This document shows, piece after piece, positions 38,817 through 48,709 of a DNA stretch of 49,930 bases; positions within the stretch are counted from its first letter, which is position 1; each line of letters begins with the position of its first letter. The position numbers and the translations under genes are program-made. The DNA comes from Betaproteobacteria bacterium (GTDB lineage Bacteria; Pseudomonadota; Gammaproteobacteria; Burkholderiales; Eutrophovitaceae): positions 3,092,809 to 3,142,738 of the forward strand of contig CP070775.1 in NCBI GenBank assembly GCA_020346185.1. The letters run 5' to 3'. Below the pieces are notes generated by a model that saw only the letters and a program-made list of their open reading frames with translations, was not told the origin of the DNA and did not search any database.

Positions 38817-39190
38817 GATCTCGTTGATTATTCTGCATGATCGGGCGAAAGTCTGTCGAGTGAGCAGGTCGTTTCTTGAGCGCCGATCGCCGACGCGATA
38901 ATGATAATGGTCCGGCGCGGATTCCTTTTATACTGAGCTGAAAAATCCGTCCCCATTAATCTGGAAATAACTACCAAGGCATGCATGTAGTTTGGTCAAG
39001 CAAATCAATCTTCTTGGCTGTTCATGTCGAGGTCAAGTACTTGCGACACGATCATCTCTGGCCATAGCTTGTTGACAAAGATCCCGTGAAATATCGTGTC
39101 GCCACTTACCTTGCCCGCCGGGACTGAAGCGCTGGTCGAGATTCCCGGTCTGTTTCGCTCGCCGCAGGGAAAACAGTCAATGCCGTGCAC

Positions 39191-40189
39191 TCATCCGCGT
39201 TTGCGATCCAGGTTCTGGGCTATAAGGCATAGAATCTCGAACATCATCTGGGCGCCGTTCAGCGCCGTTGTGCCCATGGGATCGAACGGCGGGGAAACCT
39301 CGACCACGTCGCCAGCAACGATATCGAGACCGGCCAGGCCTCTGAGCATCTGCTGCGCTTCGTAAGTATTGAAACCGCCAACCTCCGGTGTTCCCGTGCC
39401 CGGCGCGAAGACCGGATCGAGCCCATCGACATCGAAGCTCACGTACACCGGTCCACCTCCCGCTACCTCTCGTGCCTTTTTTATCACGCCTGAAATTCCC
39501 ATCGCGTAGAGTTCTTCGATGTGCACGACCGTCATGCCCGATTCGTAGCTAAATCCCCACAATGGCTCGGCCGGCCCACGTATGCCTATTTGTATGGTTC
39601 GCTGCGGATCGAGCGCCTTCTCCTCGACTGCCACCCGGAACGGTCCACCGTGATGATGTTTGTGACCAAACAGTTCCGGTCCGGTGTCACAGTGAGCGTC
39701 GAAATGCACAAGGCCAAGCGGGCACCCATGCTTGCGCGCCAGCGCTTTCAGGATCGGCAGAGTGATCGAATGGTCGCCCCCCGCGCTGATCGGCATGACC
39801 GCCGCCGCCATCACCCTGTCGTAATGCGACTCGATGTCGGCGATTGCATTATCTAGCTGGTAGACACCTTCGATAGGCACGTCGCCAAGATCGGCGACTT
39901 TGGCCAGATCATAGGGACGCACCCCGCTTTGATGGTTGACCATGCCCATGAGAGTGGATTGTTCACGTAGTTGCCGGGGGCCGTGCCGTGCTCCCGGGCG
40001 GTTTGTCACGCCACCATCAAAAGGTACCCCGATCAGGCCGATATCAATCTCAGACCATGCTGTTTCCTTCTCGCACAATGGCTGCCGCATGAAAGTTGCG
40101 ACGCCGGAGTAACGAGGCCGGTAATTCTCACCCCATGCCTGGCGGCGCTCGTCGGGAACCCCAGAAGGAACATTGTCAGAGTCGGTCAT
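39191..40189 (-). CDS. speB: Agmatinase / ureohydrolase family protein
   Basis: RPGARHGP, GGDHS, HFDAHCD, SFDVDGLDP..APGTGTPE; exact substrate uncertain. Confidence 0.88.
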   Translation of the reverse strand: MTDSDNVPSGVPDERRQAWGENYRPRYSGVATFMRQPLCEKETAWSEIDIGLIGVPFDGGVTNRPGARHGPRQLREQSTLMGMVNHQSGVRPYDLAKVADLGDVPIEGVYQLDNAIADIESHYDRVMAAAVMPISAGGDHSITLPILKALARKHGCPLGLVHFDAHCDTGPELFGHKHHHGGPFRVAVEEKALDPQRTIQIGIRGPAEPLWGFSYESGMTVVHIEELYAMGISGVIKKAREVAGGGPVYVSFDVDGLDPVFAPGTGTPEVGGFNTYEAQQMLRGLAGLDIVAGDVVEVSPPFDPMGTTALNGAQMMFEILCLIAQNLDRKRG

Positions 40190-40391
40190 GGTCGCGTGTC
40201 CTCGGTCAATGAAAACGGCTGCTTCGCGGCGATGCAGACAGCCTGGGCCTGTCGATCCTGACCCGAGAAGAGTTTCGCTTTATCTGCCACCCCACTCCAA
40301 CATTGGAATAGCCTGGCGTTGGCGGCGCCAATCCGCTCCAAGTAGCGACATAACGCCTCGGTAATTCGCGCGTCAAGTAATCCTACTTTCC

Positions 40392-41795
40392 CTAGAAAAC
40401 CACAAAGTGGGCAAACGCCGCGATAATCGGCAGGGCAATAACTGTGCGTAGCACAAACAATATGATCAAGTGATGGAAGCGCAATGGGATTTCGCACTTG
40501 ATTAGCAAAATACCTATTTCCGACATATAAATCAGCTGAGTCACCGAAATCACGCCGACTACGAAGCGAGTAATTTCTGAATCGAGATTCGCCGCCAGGA
40601 GCGCGGGGAGAAACATATCCAGGAAACCCGAAACCATTGCCGCTGCTGCAGCGGACGGTTCCGGAATTGCAAGCAATTCAAGGAGAGGAACAAACGGCAC
40701 CGCCAACCATGTAAGCAATGGTGTGAACTCGGCAAGCATTAACCCCGCTCCGCCGATCACAATGACGGCGGGTAGAAGGCCAAACCAGATATCCAATATG
40801 TGTCCAAGAGAAACTCGCATTTGGGTACCAAGCGGAGCGGCGTACCGCGCTCGTCGTGCCCCCAGAAATACTGCTTCCTTGAATAGACTTGAATGACCGG
40901 TTGCTTTTGTCTCCCGATCCGGATGAAACGTGTCGTACGGTTTGTCTGCGAACAAAGAAAGTGGTGGAATGCGCGGGGTGATAATCGCCAATCCGACACC
41001 AACAATCGCCACAACGAAATAAAAATAAATAAAGTGGCTACCCATACCAACGGTTTTCGCTACCACTAGCGTGAAAGGTAGCGACACGACTGAGAAGTTT
41101 GTCGCTATAACCGCTGCTTCCCGGCGCGTGTAATGGCCCGAGATGTATTGATCAATTGTTATCAAGACACCAATGGCCGCAGCCGACATCCATGACGCCA
41201 GCGCATCTATTGCAGAGCGCCCCGGCAAAGTAAATAAGCGCCGGAAGGATCGCTTCAGAAACGTGCCAAGGAATTCCATCAGACCATATTCTGTCAAGAA
41301 CGGCATAAGGAAGCCTGCGAACAGAAATATGAACACGATATTTACAGCAAGGCCATTAACCACCGTCCCGCCAGTATCCGCGTGCCAAAACATTTCAGGA
41401 CCGAATTGGAAGACGGTCATCGTACACATTACGAGCCCAATGACACGGACTACAGCCCACAAGGGCGTCACTAGAAAAAGCCTCAGGAGAATAGGATATT
41501 GCGTTAGCTTTTCGCGACCGATCATGAAAGCCACACCAGTTCCGAGCGCACTCAAACAGAGCAATCCGAGAACTATCCATGGCATCCCCTTGCCAAAAAA
41601 ATCACGTGTATGGTCGGCCAGAAAACCAATCAGGATCTGCCACGTGCCGTCTACAGTGAAGGGTATAAGGAATGCAAGAATGCCAAAAGATGATGCGAAT
41701 ATGAACTTACGGATTGAAGCCACACTGGGCGGCGGCCCACCCTCATCCGTTACTATCTGCGCATCCCCTCCGAGATCATGACGCGAATCACTCAT
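40392..41795 (-). CDS. YjiH family membrane transporter (nucleoside recognition gate domains)
   Basis: YGLMEF.G, LFTLPGRSAIDALASW, YTRREAAVIATNFS, GFLDMFLP, QLIYMSE.G. Confidence 0.88.
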   Translation of the reverse strand: MSDSRHDLGGDAQIVTDEGGPPPSVASIRKFIFASSFGILAFLIPFTVDGTWQILIGFLADHTRDFFGKGMPWIVLGLLCLSALGTGVAFMIGREKLTQYPILLRLFLVTPLWAVVRVIGLVMCTMTVFQFGPEMFWHADTGGTVVNGLAVNIVFIFLFAGFLMPFLTEYGLMEFLGTFLKRSFRRLFTLPGRSAIDALASWMSAAAIGVLITIDQYISGHYTRREAAVIATNFSVVSLPFTLVVAKTVGMGSHFIYFYFVVAIVGVGLAIITPRIPPLSLFADKPYDTFHPDRETKATGHSSLFKEAVFLGARRARYAAPLGTQMRVSLGHILDIWFGLLPAVIVIGGAGLMLAEFTPLLTWLAVPFVPLLELLAIPEPSAAAAAMVSGFLDMFLPALLAANLDSEITRFVVGVISVTQLIYMSEIGILLIKCEIPLRFHHLIILFVLRTVIALPIIAAFAHFVVF

Positions 41796-42363
41796 ATGAT
41801 GTTCTTTTTGGCAGACGATCCAGAACTCGTATTCTCGTTTATCCCGTTAAATTAGTGAAGCTCGCTCTTGCCCGAAAACTACGGACACATAACTTGGACA
41901 AGCCAATGAGCGGCACGGTGGGCGGCCACCGTGCGAGATCGAGTCAAGAATATGATGTCGTAATGTAGGCTTGGCCGCACCTTCAGAGCCCTAACCCTAG
42001 TTAGACGCCGATCGGCTTTGATTATTGGCGAGGCCTTTCCGGGAACCGCGACTGCCACCGTCTCGCCGATCAACACCAGTTCACAAGCGCAATCAGTCAC
42101 TTTGTGGTGCGCCTTCATCTCGCTGCAACCCAGAATCGCAACACTGGTCGCATTTGTATCCACGGATATCGAACAAGAAAAAGCGAGCGATTCTAAAACC
42201 GCGCTGTCGAGTCACGCAGCACCCATCCGCTCCGAAGACATGCAGGCATTCGGTGGTGTACTGGGTAAATGAATTTAGCGCCCGAGGCGCAATCAGCGAT
42301 TTATGTCGGATCCGGAAAAGTGTTTAAATCTTGGTTTGATCAAGAATCCGTGTACCTCGCAAC

Positions 42364-43980
42364 TTGAAACGATCCGACGAAACCGATCGCAAGGCCACTG
42401 TCGGCAAAAGAGCGGCGGAGTTTCTCGTCGACTCGAGTGATTTGCTCGACACGGTGAAACGAACCGTCGAGCAGCATTACCGCGTCGTGGCTGAACCGAA
42501 CTCCGATCACGCGATGCATTATCTCGACACTTTTGATTGGCGCCTTTACAGGTCGAGCTGGATACTTTACGCGACGCACAACAAGTCAGGCCAAAAACTC
42601 GTACTGGAGACTCGCGAGGGCGGCATGTTGCAAAGCATCGTGGTTGCGGAATTGCCTTTGTTCGCGCAGGATCTGCCCGCCGGTCGGCTCCATGAAGCAA
42701 TCGGAGACCTAATTGAGCCCCGCCGGTTGCTTGCGCACGCGCACATGAGAGTTGGCGAACAGACTCTGCGCGTCTTGAATGCCGATGAGAAAACCGTGGT
42801 CAGGTTGGTACTCCAGACGCGCGCCTTGCGTACATCTGCCAGGGAAAACACCGACACACTCCTGCCGGCCGTTGTACGGGTGGTTCCGGTCAAAGGCTAC
42901 GTTGAAGAGCATCACATGCTCTCGGCGTTTCTGGAGAACGAGTTTGGGCTATCGGCTGTCCCGCAGTGCGCGTTTGTTAGCGCCATGCAATCGGCCGGTT
43001 TGACCCCGGGCGGTTACAAATCCAAGGTGACCATTTCACTGCGACCGCAGATGCGCGCTGATGACGCAGTGCGCGCAATCCACCAATCGCTGCTGGACAT
43101 CATTCTTGCTAACGCGGACGGGGTTCGCCACAATCTCGATCCCGAATTTCTGCACGACTTCCGCGTAGCGATCCGCGCCACGCGTTCCGCGCTCAGACAG
43201 ATCAAAGGCGTGTTCCCCGACAACGAGGCCAAGCACTTCTCGAATGAGTTCAAGTGGCTGGGCGCGGCTACCGGTTCAGTACGCGATCTGGACGTCTTTC
43301 TGCTCAAGATGGAAGCATTCCGGGCAGAATTACCGACAGACATGCGCAACGATCTCGGGCCACTGGAAAAGTACCTCCATGTCCATCACGACAAGGAGCA
43401 TCACCACCTCGTAGACACGCTCGACTCCCGACGCTACCGAGCGCTGATGGATGACTGGTCTACGTTCCTCGGTAATCCTGCGCCGGTAGAAACCGGCACT
43501 TGCCACGGCGCGGCGCAACCGGTCGTCGAACTGGCGTCCGATCGGATCTGGCGCACCTACCGGCGGGTCTGGAGGCGAGCACGAAAGATCGACGAGGAAA
43601 CGCCAGCGGAAGCGCTGCATGCACTGCGCATCGAGTGCAAGAAACTGCGCTACCTGCTTGAATTTTTCAGCTCACTCTACCCGCGCGACGAGATGCGCGC
43701 ACTGATACAACCACTTAAGCAACTGCAGACTACCCTTGGCAATTTCAATGATCGAGAAGTCCAGCAGCTCAATCTGCGGCGCATTGCCAATGAGATGTAT
43801 CAAGAGCGCCTGGCATCAGCGGACAGCTTGCTGGCGATGGGTCGACTGATGGACCACTTGCAACAAGAACAGCTCGAAGAGCTTAAACGTATTCACACGC
43901 GGTTCGCTACCTTTTCGCAGCCGGATAACCGCGAACAATACCGCCGCACGTTCAAAAGATCCGTCGAGGAAGCACATTGA
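42364..43980 (+). CDS. CHAD domain-containing protein (N-terminal CYTH-like region)
   Basis: YLDTFDWRL; DPEFLHDFRVAIR, RDLDV, LHALRIECKKLRYLLEFF, LQ..LG.FND; start uncertain. Confidence 0.9.
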   Translation: MKRSDETDRKATVGKRAAEFLVDSSDLLDTVKRTVEQHYRVVAEPNSDHAMHYLDTFDWRLYRSSWILYATHNKSGQKLVLETREGGMLQSIVVAELPLFAQDLPAGRLHEAIGDLIEPRRLLAHAHMRVGEQTLRVLNADEKTVVRLVLQTRALRTSARENTDTLLPAVVRVVPVKGYVEEHHMLSAFLENEFGLSAVPQCAFVSAMQSAGLTPGGYKSKVTISLRPQMRADDAVRAIHQSLLDIILANADGVRHNLDPEFLHDFRVAIRATRSALRQIKGVFPDNEAKHFSNEFKWLGAATGSVRDLDVFLLKMEAFRAELPTDMRNDLGPLEKYLHVHHDKEHHHLVDTLDSRRYRALMDDWSTFLGNPAPVETGTCHGAAQPVVELASDRIWRTYRRVWRRARKIDEETPAEALHALRIECKKLRYLLEFFSSLYPRDEMRALIQPLKQLQTTLGNFNDREVQQLNLRRIANEMYQERLASADSLLAMGRLMDHLQQEQLEELKRIHTRFATFSQPDNREQYRRTFKRSVEEAH

Positions 43981-44777
43981 GAGTCCTCGCCGCATACAAC
44001 ATCAAGGGCGGTACCGGCAAAACGGCCACCGCGGTCAACCTGGCATATCTGTCGGCCTATTACGGAGCGAGAACGCTCGTCTGGGACCTGGACCCCCAGG
44101 GCGCCGCGACGTTCTACTTCCGGATGCCGGAGCGACGCGGCGGCGGCAAGCGGCATATTCGCGGCAAGCAGGACCTCGACTCTCTGATCCGAGGCACCGA
44201 TTTCGAGATGCTCGATCTGCTGCGCGCCTCGTTTGCCTATCGTAATCTGGACCAGACTCTTGCCGAGACCAGGAAACCTCTCGAACGTTTCGCCAAGCTG
44301 ATACGGCCTCTTACTAAGGACTACGACTACCTGATTTTCGACTGCCCGCCAGGGATCAATCTGGTTTCGGAGAGCATATTCTTCGCCTCCGAGGCGCTGC
44401 TCGTACCGACCATCCCCACGACCTTGTCGGTACGTTGTCTCGATCTGCTTACCGAGCATCTTGAAAGGAACGGACCACAATCGCTACGCGTGCTTCCTTT
44501 CTTCTCCATGGTCGACTTGCGCAAGTCGCTGCACAAGACCATTTGCAATGCCGCACCGGGCAAAGGTGTGCGCTTTCTGAAGACACGCATCCCTTACGCC
44601 AGCGTGGTCGAGCAAATGGGCGTGCGCCGGGCACCGGTTTCCGTCTTCGCGGCCCGCAGCGCCGTCGATTACGCCTACCGCGCCCTCTGGGACGAGATCC
44701 AGATCGAACTCGATGCGCCGGCGGCGACGCGCGCAGGACAAGATTTACAGCGCCAGACTCAGGCGCCCGGATCGTAG
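43977..44777 (+). CDS. ParA/MinD family ATPase
   Basis: Deviant Walker A KGGTGKT, DLDPQG, DCPP; overlaps the CHAD stop. Confidence 0.9.
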   Translation: MRVLAAYNIKGGTGKTATAVNLAYLSAYYGARTLVWDLDPQGAATFYFRMPERRGGGKRHIRGKQDLDSLIRGTDFEMLDLLRASFAYRNLDQTLAETRKPLERFAKLIRPLTKDYDYLIFDCPPGINLVSESIFFASEALLVPTIPTTLSVRCLDLLTEHLERNGPQSLRVLPFFSMVDLRKSLHKTICNAAPGKGVRFLKTRIPYASVVEQMGVRRAPVSVFAARSAVDYAYRALWDEIQIELDAPAATRAGQDLQRQTQAPGS

Positions 44778-45147
44778 AGCGCAGGCTTGAAAAGCCTTAA
44801 TGGCCCGCCCCTCGATCACGTCAAACAAACGTAGGGTCAGGTCTTTAGTTTATAGTCGCCACCTTGTTTCATCTCTCAACTGCTCCAGATTGGACCACCG
44901 CAACGAATTCATACGAAGTGTGACACCGCAACATGCGGCCTAACCACAACAACTAGTGGTGGAATGGGCACATATAAGTACGCATACATGCTGCAAGAAA
45001 CATTGCGTGCTTACAGGGCCATTATCGAAACCGAAATGATGCGTCCAAGGGCTGAAAAAGCCGCTTTTCGGAACGACAATCAATAGTTGCCAGAGACTTA
45101 CCGTGGCCTGACCAAATCGTTGCCAGCTCATCACGCGCCACTCGAAG

Positions 45148-45777
45148 TCAACGATACAAGCTAACGCGTAAAACCAGCAGTTCTGCCGTAAAATTGCGCC
45201 CGATCGCGACAAGCCCCATGCGGGTGAGATTTTTCGTATCCAGCGAAGGCTCGAGACGGTGCGGCACGAACGCCTCGAATGGCAGATCAACCGTTTCCCA
45301 CGCCGGGCCGGCGTAAAAATGCACCCGGTAAGATTGCCACGGCCGTACCGCATCGGGCGTTCGCAGGTGCAGCGAATACTGCTGTGAGTTGCCGCGCACC
45401 ACCAGACGGATGCCGGTGTAAGCGGACGCGTCGATACGTTGTCCGGGCAACGCCAGGTCGATCGCCGCCTGAATAAATCCGCCATCGTTGTCGAGGCGCA
45501 CGACACCGCTCAGGCGCAGGCAGGACTTGCCTTCCGCCCGATCGTACTCAAGCGAGGCCTGCGAAACGCCGCCCATCACCCGATCGCTGACGGCCCGCCA
45601 TTGCGTACCCAGCTTTGATACGAAATCTTCTCGTGAAAAGTCGTCAATCAGCATCGTGTTGGTTTCCGCCCGCGCACCGATCGCCGTCGCCATCAGAAGC
45701 GCGGCCAGTAACCGTTTCAAAAACAGCGCTGCAACACCAAGCGACGAAGCATCGGGTTGCACGAAACTACGTCTCAT
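45148..45777 (-). CDS. CIA30 family protein
   Basis: W..VSDRVMGGVS, L.G.V.L.N.GGF, RPWQSYR. Confidence 0.88.
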   Translation of the reverse strand: MRRSFVQPDASSLGVAALFLKRLLAALLMATAIGARAETNTMLIDDFSREDFVSKLGTQWRAVSDRVMGGVSQASLEYDRAEGKSCLRLSGVVRLDNDGGFIQAAIDLALPGQRIDASAYTGIRLVVRGNSQQYSLHLRTPDAVRPWQSYRVHFYAGPAWETVDLPFEAFVPHRLEPSLDTKNLTRMGLVAIGRNFTAELLVLRVSLYR

Positions 45778-45936
45778 TCTTTTACCACGCTCGAGCTCGC
45801 GCAGAGGATGCGCGGCGCAGCCTCGACGCTGCTGTCGCACATGCAAACACACTAGCCAGCTCAACGCCGACGAGCAACACGTCGGCGCAACGACGCTGGC
45901 CGCCGCGCTAGCCGGCAACCGGAACCCGGCAGACAG

Positions 45937-46785
45937 TCAATAGTTGTAAAAGCCTTTCCGCGTCTTGCGGCCGAGATAGCCAGCCTCGACCATCTCCACC
46001 AGCAAGGGCGCGGGACGGTACTTCGGGTCCTTGAACCCCTCGAACAGGACCTGCATCACAGCCAACTGAACGTCGAGGCCGATCAGATCGCACAACGCCA
46101 GCGGCCCGATCGGGTGGTTGCAGCCCAGCCGCATCGCGTCGTCGATCTCCTGCGCGGTCGCCAAACCCTCGCCTAGCGCGAAGATCGCTTCATTGATCAT
46201 CGGGCACAACATGCGATTGACGACGAACCCGGGCGAATTGCGCACTTGAACCGGGCTCTTGCCCACCGCCTTGGCAATCGCCTCGACCGACTCATAGGTT
46301 TCATCCGAAGTCTGCAACCCCCGGATCAGTTCGACTAACTGCATTACCGGTACCGGGTTGAAGAAGTGCATGCCGACGACCCGCTCCGCACGCTTCGTCG
46401 CCGCCGCCAGCTTGGTAATCGAGATCGATGAGGTATTGGATGCGATGATGGCATCGGCTTTCGCGGCCGCGTCGAGCTTGCCGAAAAGCTCCAGCTTCAG
46501 CGCCAGATTCTCGGTGGCGGCCTCCAGGATCAGATCACTGCTGCCGATTGCACCCAGATCGGTCGAAGTCGTAATGCGCCCCAAGGCAGCGTTCTTGTTG
46601 TCCTCGGACATCTTCTCCTTCTTGACCAGTCGCTCCAGGCTCCCCGTGATGGTTTGCATGGCACGGTCAAGTTGCGATTGGGTGACATCGGTAAGCGTGA
46701 CGGAAAGGCCTGCCACCGCACTCACTTGTGCAATGCCATTTCCCATGGTGCCCGCGCCGACGACGCCAATGGATCCAATCTGCAT
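45937..46785 (-). CDS. hbd: 3-hydroxybutyryl-CoA dehydrogenase
   Basis: [36 protein letters not shown]. Confidence 0.92.
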   Translation of the reverse strand: MQIGSIGVVGAGTMGNGIAQVSAVAGLSVTLTDVTQSQLDRAMQTITGSLERLVKKEKMSEDNKNAALGRITTSTDLGAIGSSDLILEAATENLALKLELFGKLDAAAKADAIIASNTSSISITKLAAATKRAERVVGMHFFNPVPVMQLVELIRGLQTSDETYESVEAIAKAVGKSPVQVRNSPGFVVNRMLCPMINEAIFALGEGLATAQEIDDAMRLGCNHPIGPLALCDLIGLDVQLAVMQVLFEGFKDPKYRPAPLLVEMVEAGYLGRKTRKGFYNY

Positions 46786-47107
46786 TTCATCCTCCCTCGA
46801 AAGAATATTGAAAAACAGTGGATTTTAACCGGCACAAACAATGACGAGAGTATTATGAACCGACAGAGGCAGCGCCTGCGTCTCCGCCAAACACGACTGC
46901 CCTCTTTACCGCGACTTCCGTCTGCACCCTTTACTGTTTCGCAGGCCTCTCGTGTCTTGCTCGTCACTTCGCCGATACCGTAGACAGCGAGTGGTTTGCC
47001 GCCGGCTGGTAACGTTTCAATTCGTCGGGTTATAGTAGTTTGATCCTGACTTGCCGACCTAGCACCCACCACCTTCACTGCGTGCGCCGAGTGAAAGACC
47101 TTAAGGG

Positions 47108-47927
47108 GTGACCAGTGGAACAATCCATGAAGCACAATCGTTCGCTGAGGGTGAGTTCGTGGCGAGTCGCAGCCGTGTTCCTGCCAGGTCGTCTGGTCGG
47201 GTTCCATTCATCCTGGGAACCGGTCCGCTTCCACAGCTGCTGAGCTATCACCAATTCGCTGATTCCCGCCTCCTGCTCGGCATTCCGCATGGCGGGGATG
47301 TCTTGACGAACCTCGCTTTCATCATTGTTGGCGCCCGGGGCCCGTGGTTCCTGCCACAACCAAATCAAAAGACCCGTACCTTCTTGGATGAGCGCGAGCG
47401 AGTGCTGTTCCAGTGGTTCTTTGCCGGCGTGCTCCTCACTGGGTTCGTCTCGGGGTGGTATCACCTTGCGCCAGACAATGACAGCCTCCTCTGGGACCAG
47501 ATTCCCATGGCAATCGGTTTCATGAGTGTCGTCGCCATCATGCTCGCGGAACGCGTGAAAACGTCCCTCGGCTTTACCCTGCTGGTCCCGCTGGTAGTCA
47601 TTGCGGTTGCAACAGTTTTCTGGCGGATCTAGACGAAGCATGCCGGGAACCGAGATCTACGTCCCTACCTGTTTGTTCAGTTCTACACGATGATCACAAT
47701 CGTCTTGATGTTGCTTTTGCTGCCCACGCCCTACGAGAACAGCCATTACTATTGGGGACTGTTTGTTTTCTATGCAGCGGCCAAGGTTGTAGAGTTCCTC
47801 GACCACGAGATATTGCAACTGACACCGGGGTGTGGCGAGCGGTCACAATCTCAAGCAGCTGTTCGCGGCGGGCGGGGCCGCATGCATCCTGCGAATGCTC
47901 TGGCTGCGGTGCCTTCGATTGACCTAA
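47108..47927 (+). pseudogene. Alkaline ceramidase-like (CREST) membrane protein pseudogene
   Basis: YHQFAD.R, S..YHLAPD...L.WD..PM, DLRPY..VQ, AK..E..D; in-frame TAG at 47630 and a frameshift before SGHNLKQ; start uncertain. Confidence 0.75.
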
Positions 47928-48090
47928 TAACATGCAGTGCCGCGCTGCGGTACAGTGGGACCACCGAAAAGCAAGCATAGCGTTTTGGTGAGCCGAGCCC
48001 GGCGCGTGACGCAAAGATGCACGTGCTACTCCCCCGTTGTGTGGTTTTTGCGGTGGCCGCACCGAAAACAGACTGAATAGAGGAAACAAA

Positions 48091-48525
48091 ATGGCGAAAA
48101 TCGAGAGAACGATTGCGATCAATGCCCCGGTGGAGCAGGTATTTACTTACATCGCCGAGCCGAACTCGATGCTGGAATATCTGCCGGAAATGATGGAGGT
48201 AAGGGAAGTGAACCTCACCGAACAAGGTGTTGGGTCCCGCTATCGGTGGACCTACAAGTTAGCCGGCATACGCTTTGAGGGTGAAAGCGTCGTTACTGAG
48301 TTCGTTCCCAACCGGCGCAGAGTATCCGAAACCAAACGGGGCATCGTCAGCACCTGGACCTGGGACCTCGAACCGAGTGAAAGCGGAACGAAGCTTACCC
48401 TAATCGTGAAATACGCAATCCCCGTCCCTGCGCTCGGCAAGCTGGGCGAAGCGTTCATGCTTAGGAAGCAAGAGGCGATGGCAGATGTGGTCATGACAAG
48501 AATCAAGGCGAGAATGGAAAGCTGA
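48091..48525 (+). CDS. SRPBCC (START-like) family protein
   Basis: I.INAPVEQVF.Y, GVGSRY, VTEF.PN, GTKLT; RBS gagga. Confidence 0.88.
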   Translation: MAKIERTIAINAPVEQVFTYIAEPNSMLEYLPEMMEVREVNLTEQGVGSRYRWTYKLAGIRFEGESVVTEFVPNRRRVSETKRGIVSTWTWDLEPSESGTKLTLIVKYAIPVPALGKLGEAFMLRKQEAMADVVMTRIKARMES

Positions 48526-48709
48526 GTTCCGTACGCCAGCTCGAGTCATACCGGCGATAAAAATAACCGACGGGTCGTTGCGCTTATCGCTCATTTCAGA
48601 AATTCCGATGCGGGTTCCAGTACGCAGTCTGTCCATCTGCAAAATCCCCGCTCGATAGCGCCAGCGGCGATCGACTACCGAACCCGTGCACTATTCAAAC
48701 GTCCACCTT

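Noticed and set aside
39005-39190. 61-aa ORF directly after agmatinase
   Set aside because: No RBS or motif; may be a fragment, but cannot be supported
38941-44850. REP-like stubs (aaatccgtccccattaat at about 38943; tagggtcaggtcttta at about 44832)
   Set aside because: Single short half-sites with no partner or transposase in the window
14920-47632. Amber (TAG) recoding to explain in-frame stops at 14920 and 47630
   Set aside because: Both genes have additional lesions, and intact genes here end normally in TAG (for example 14608, 17368, 22496)
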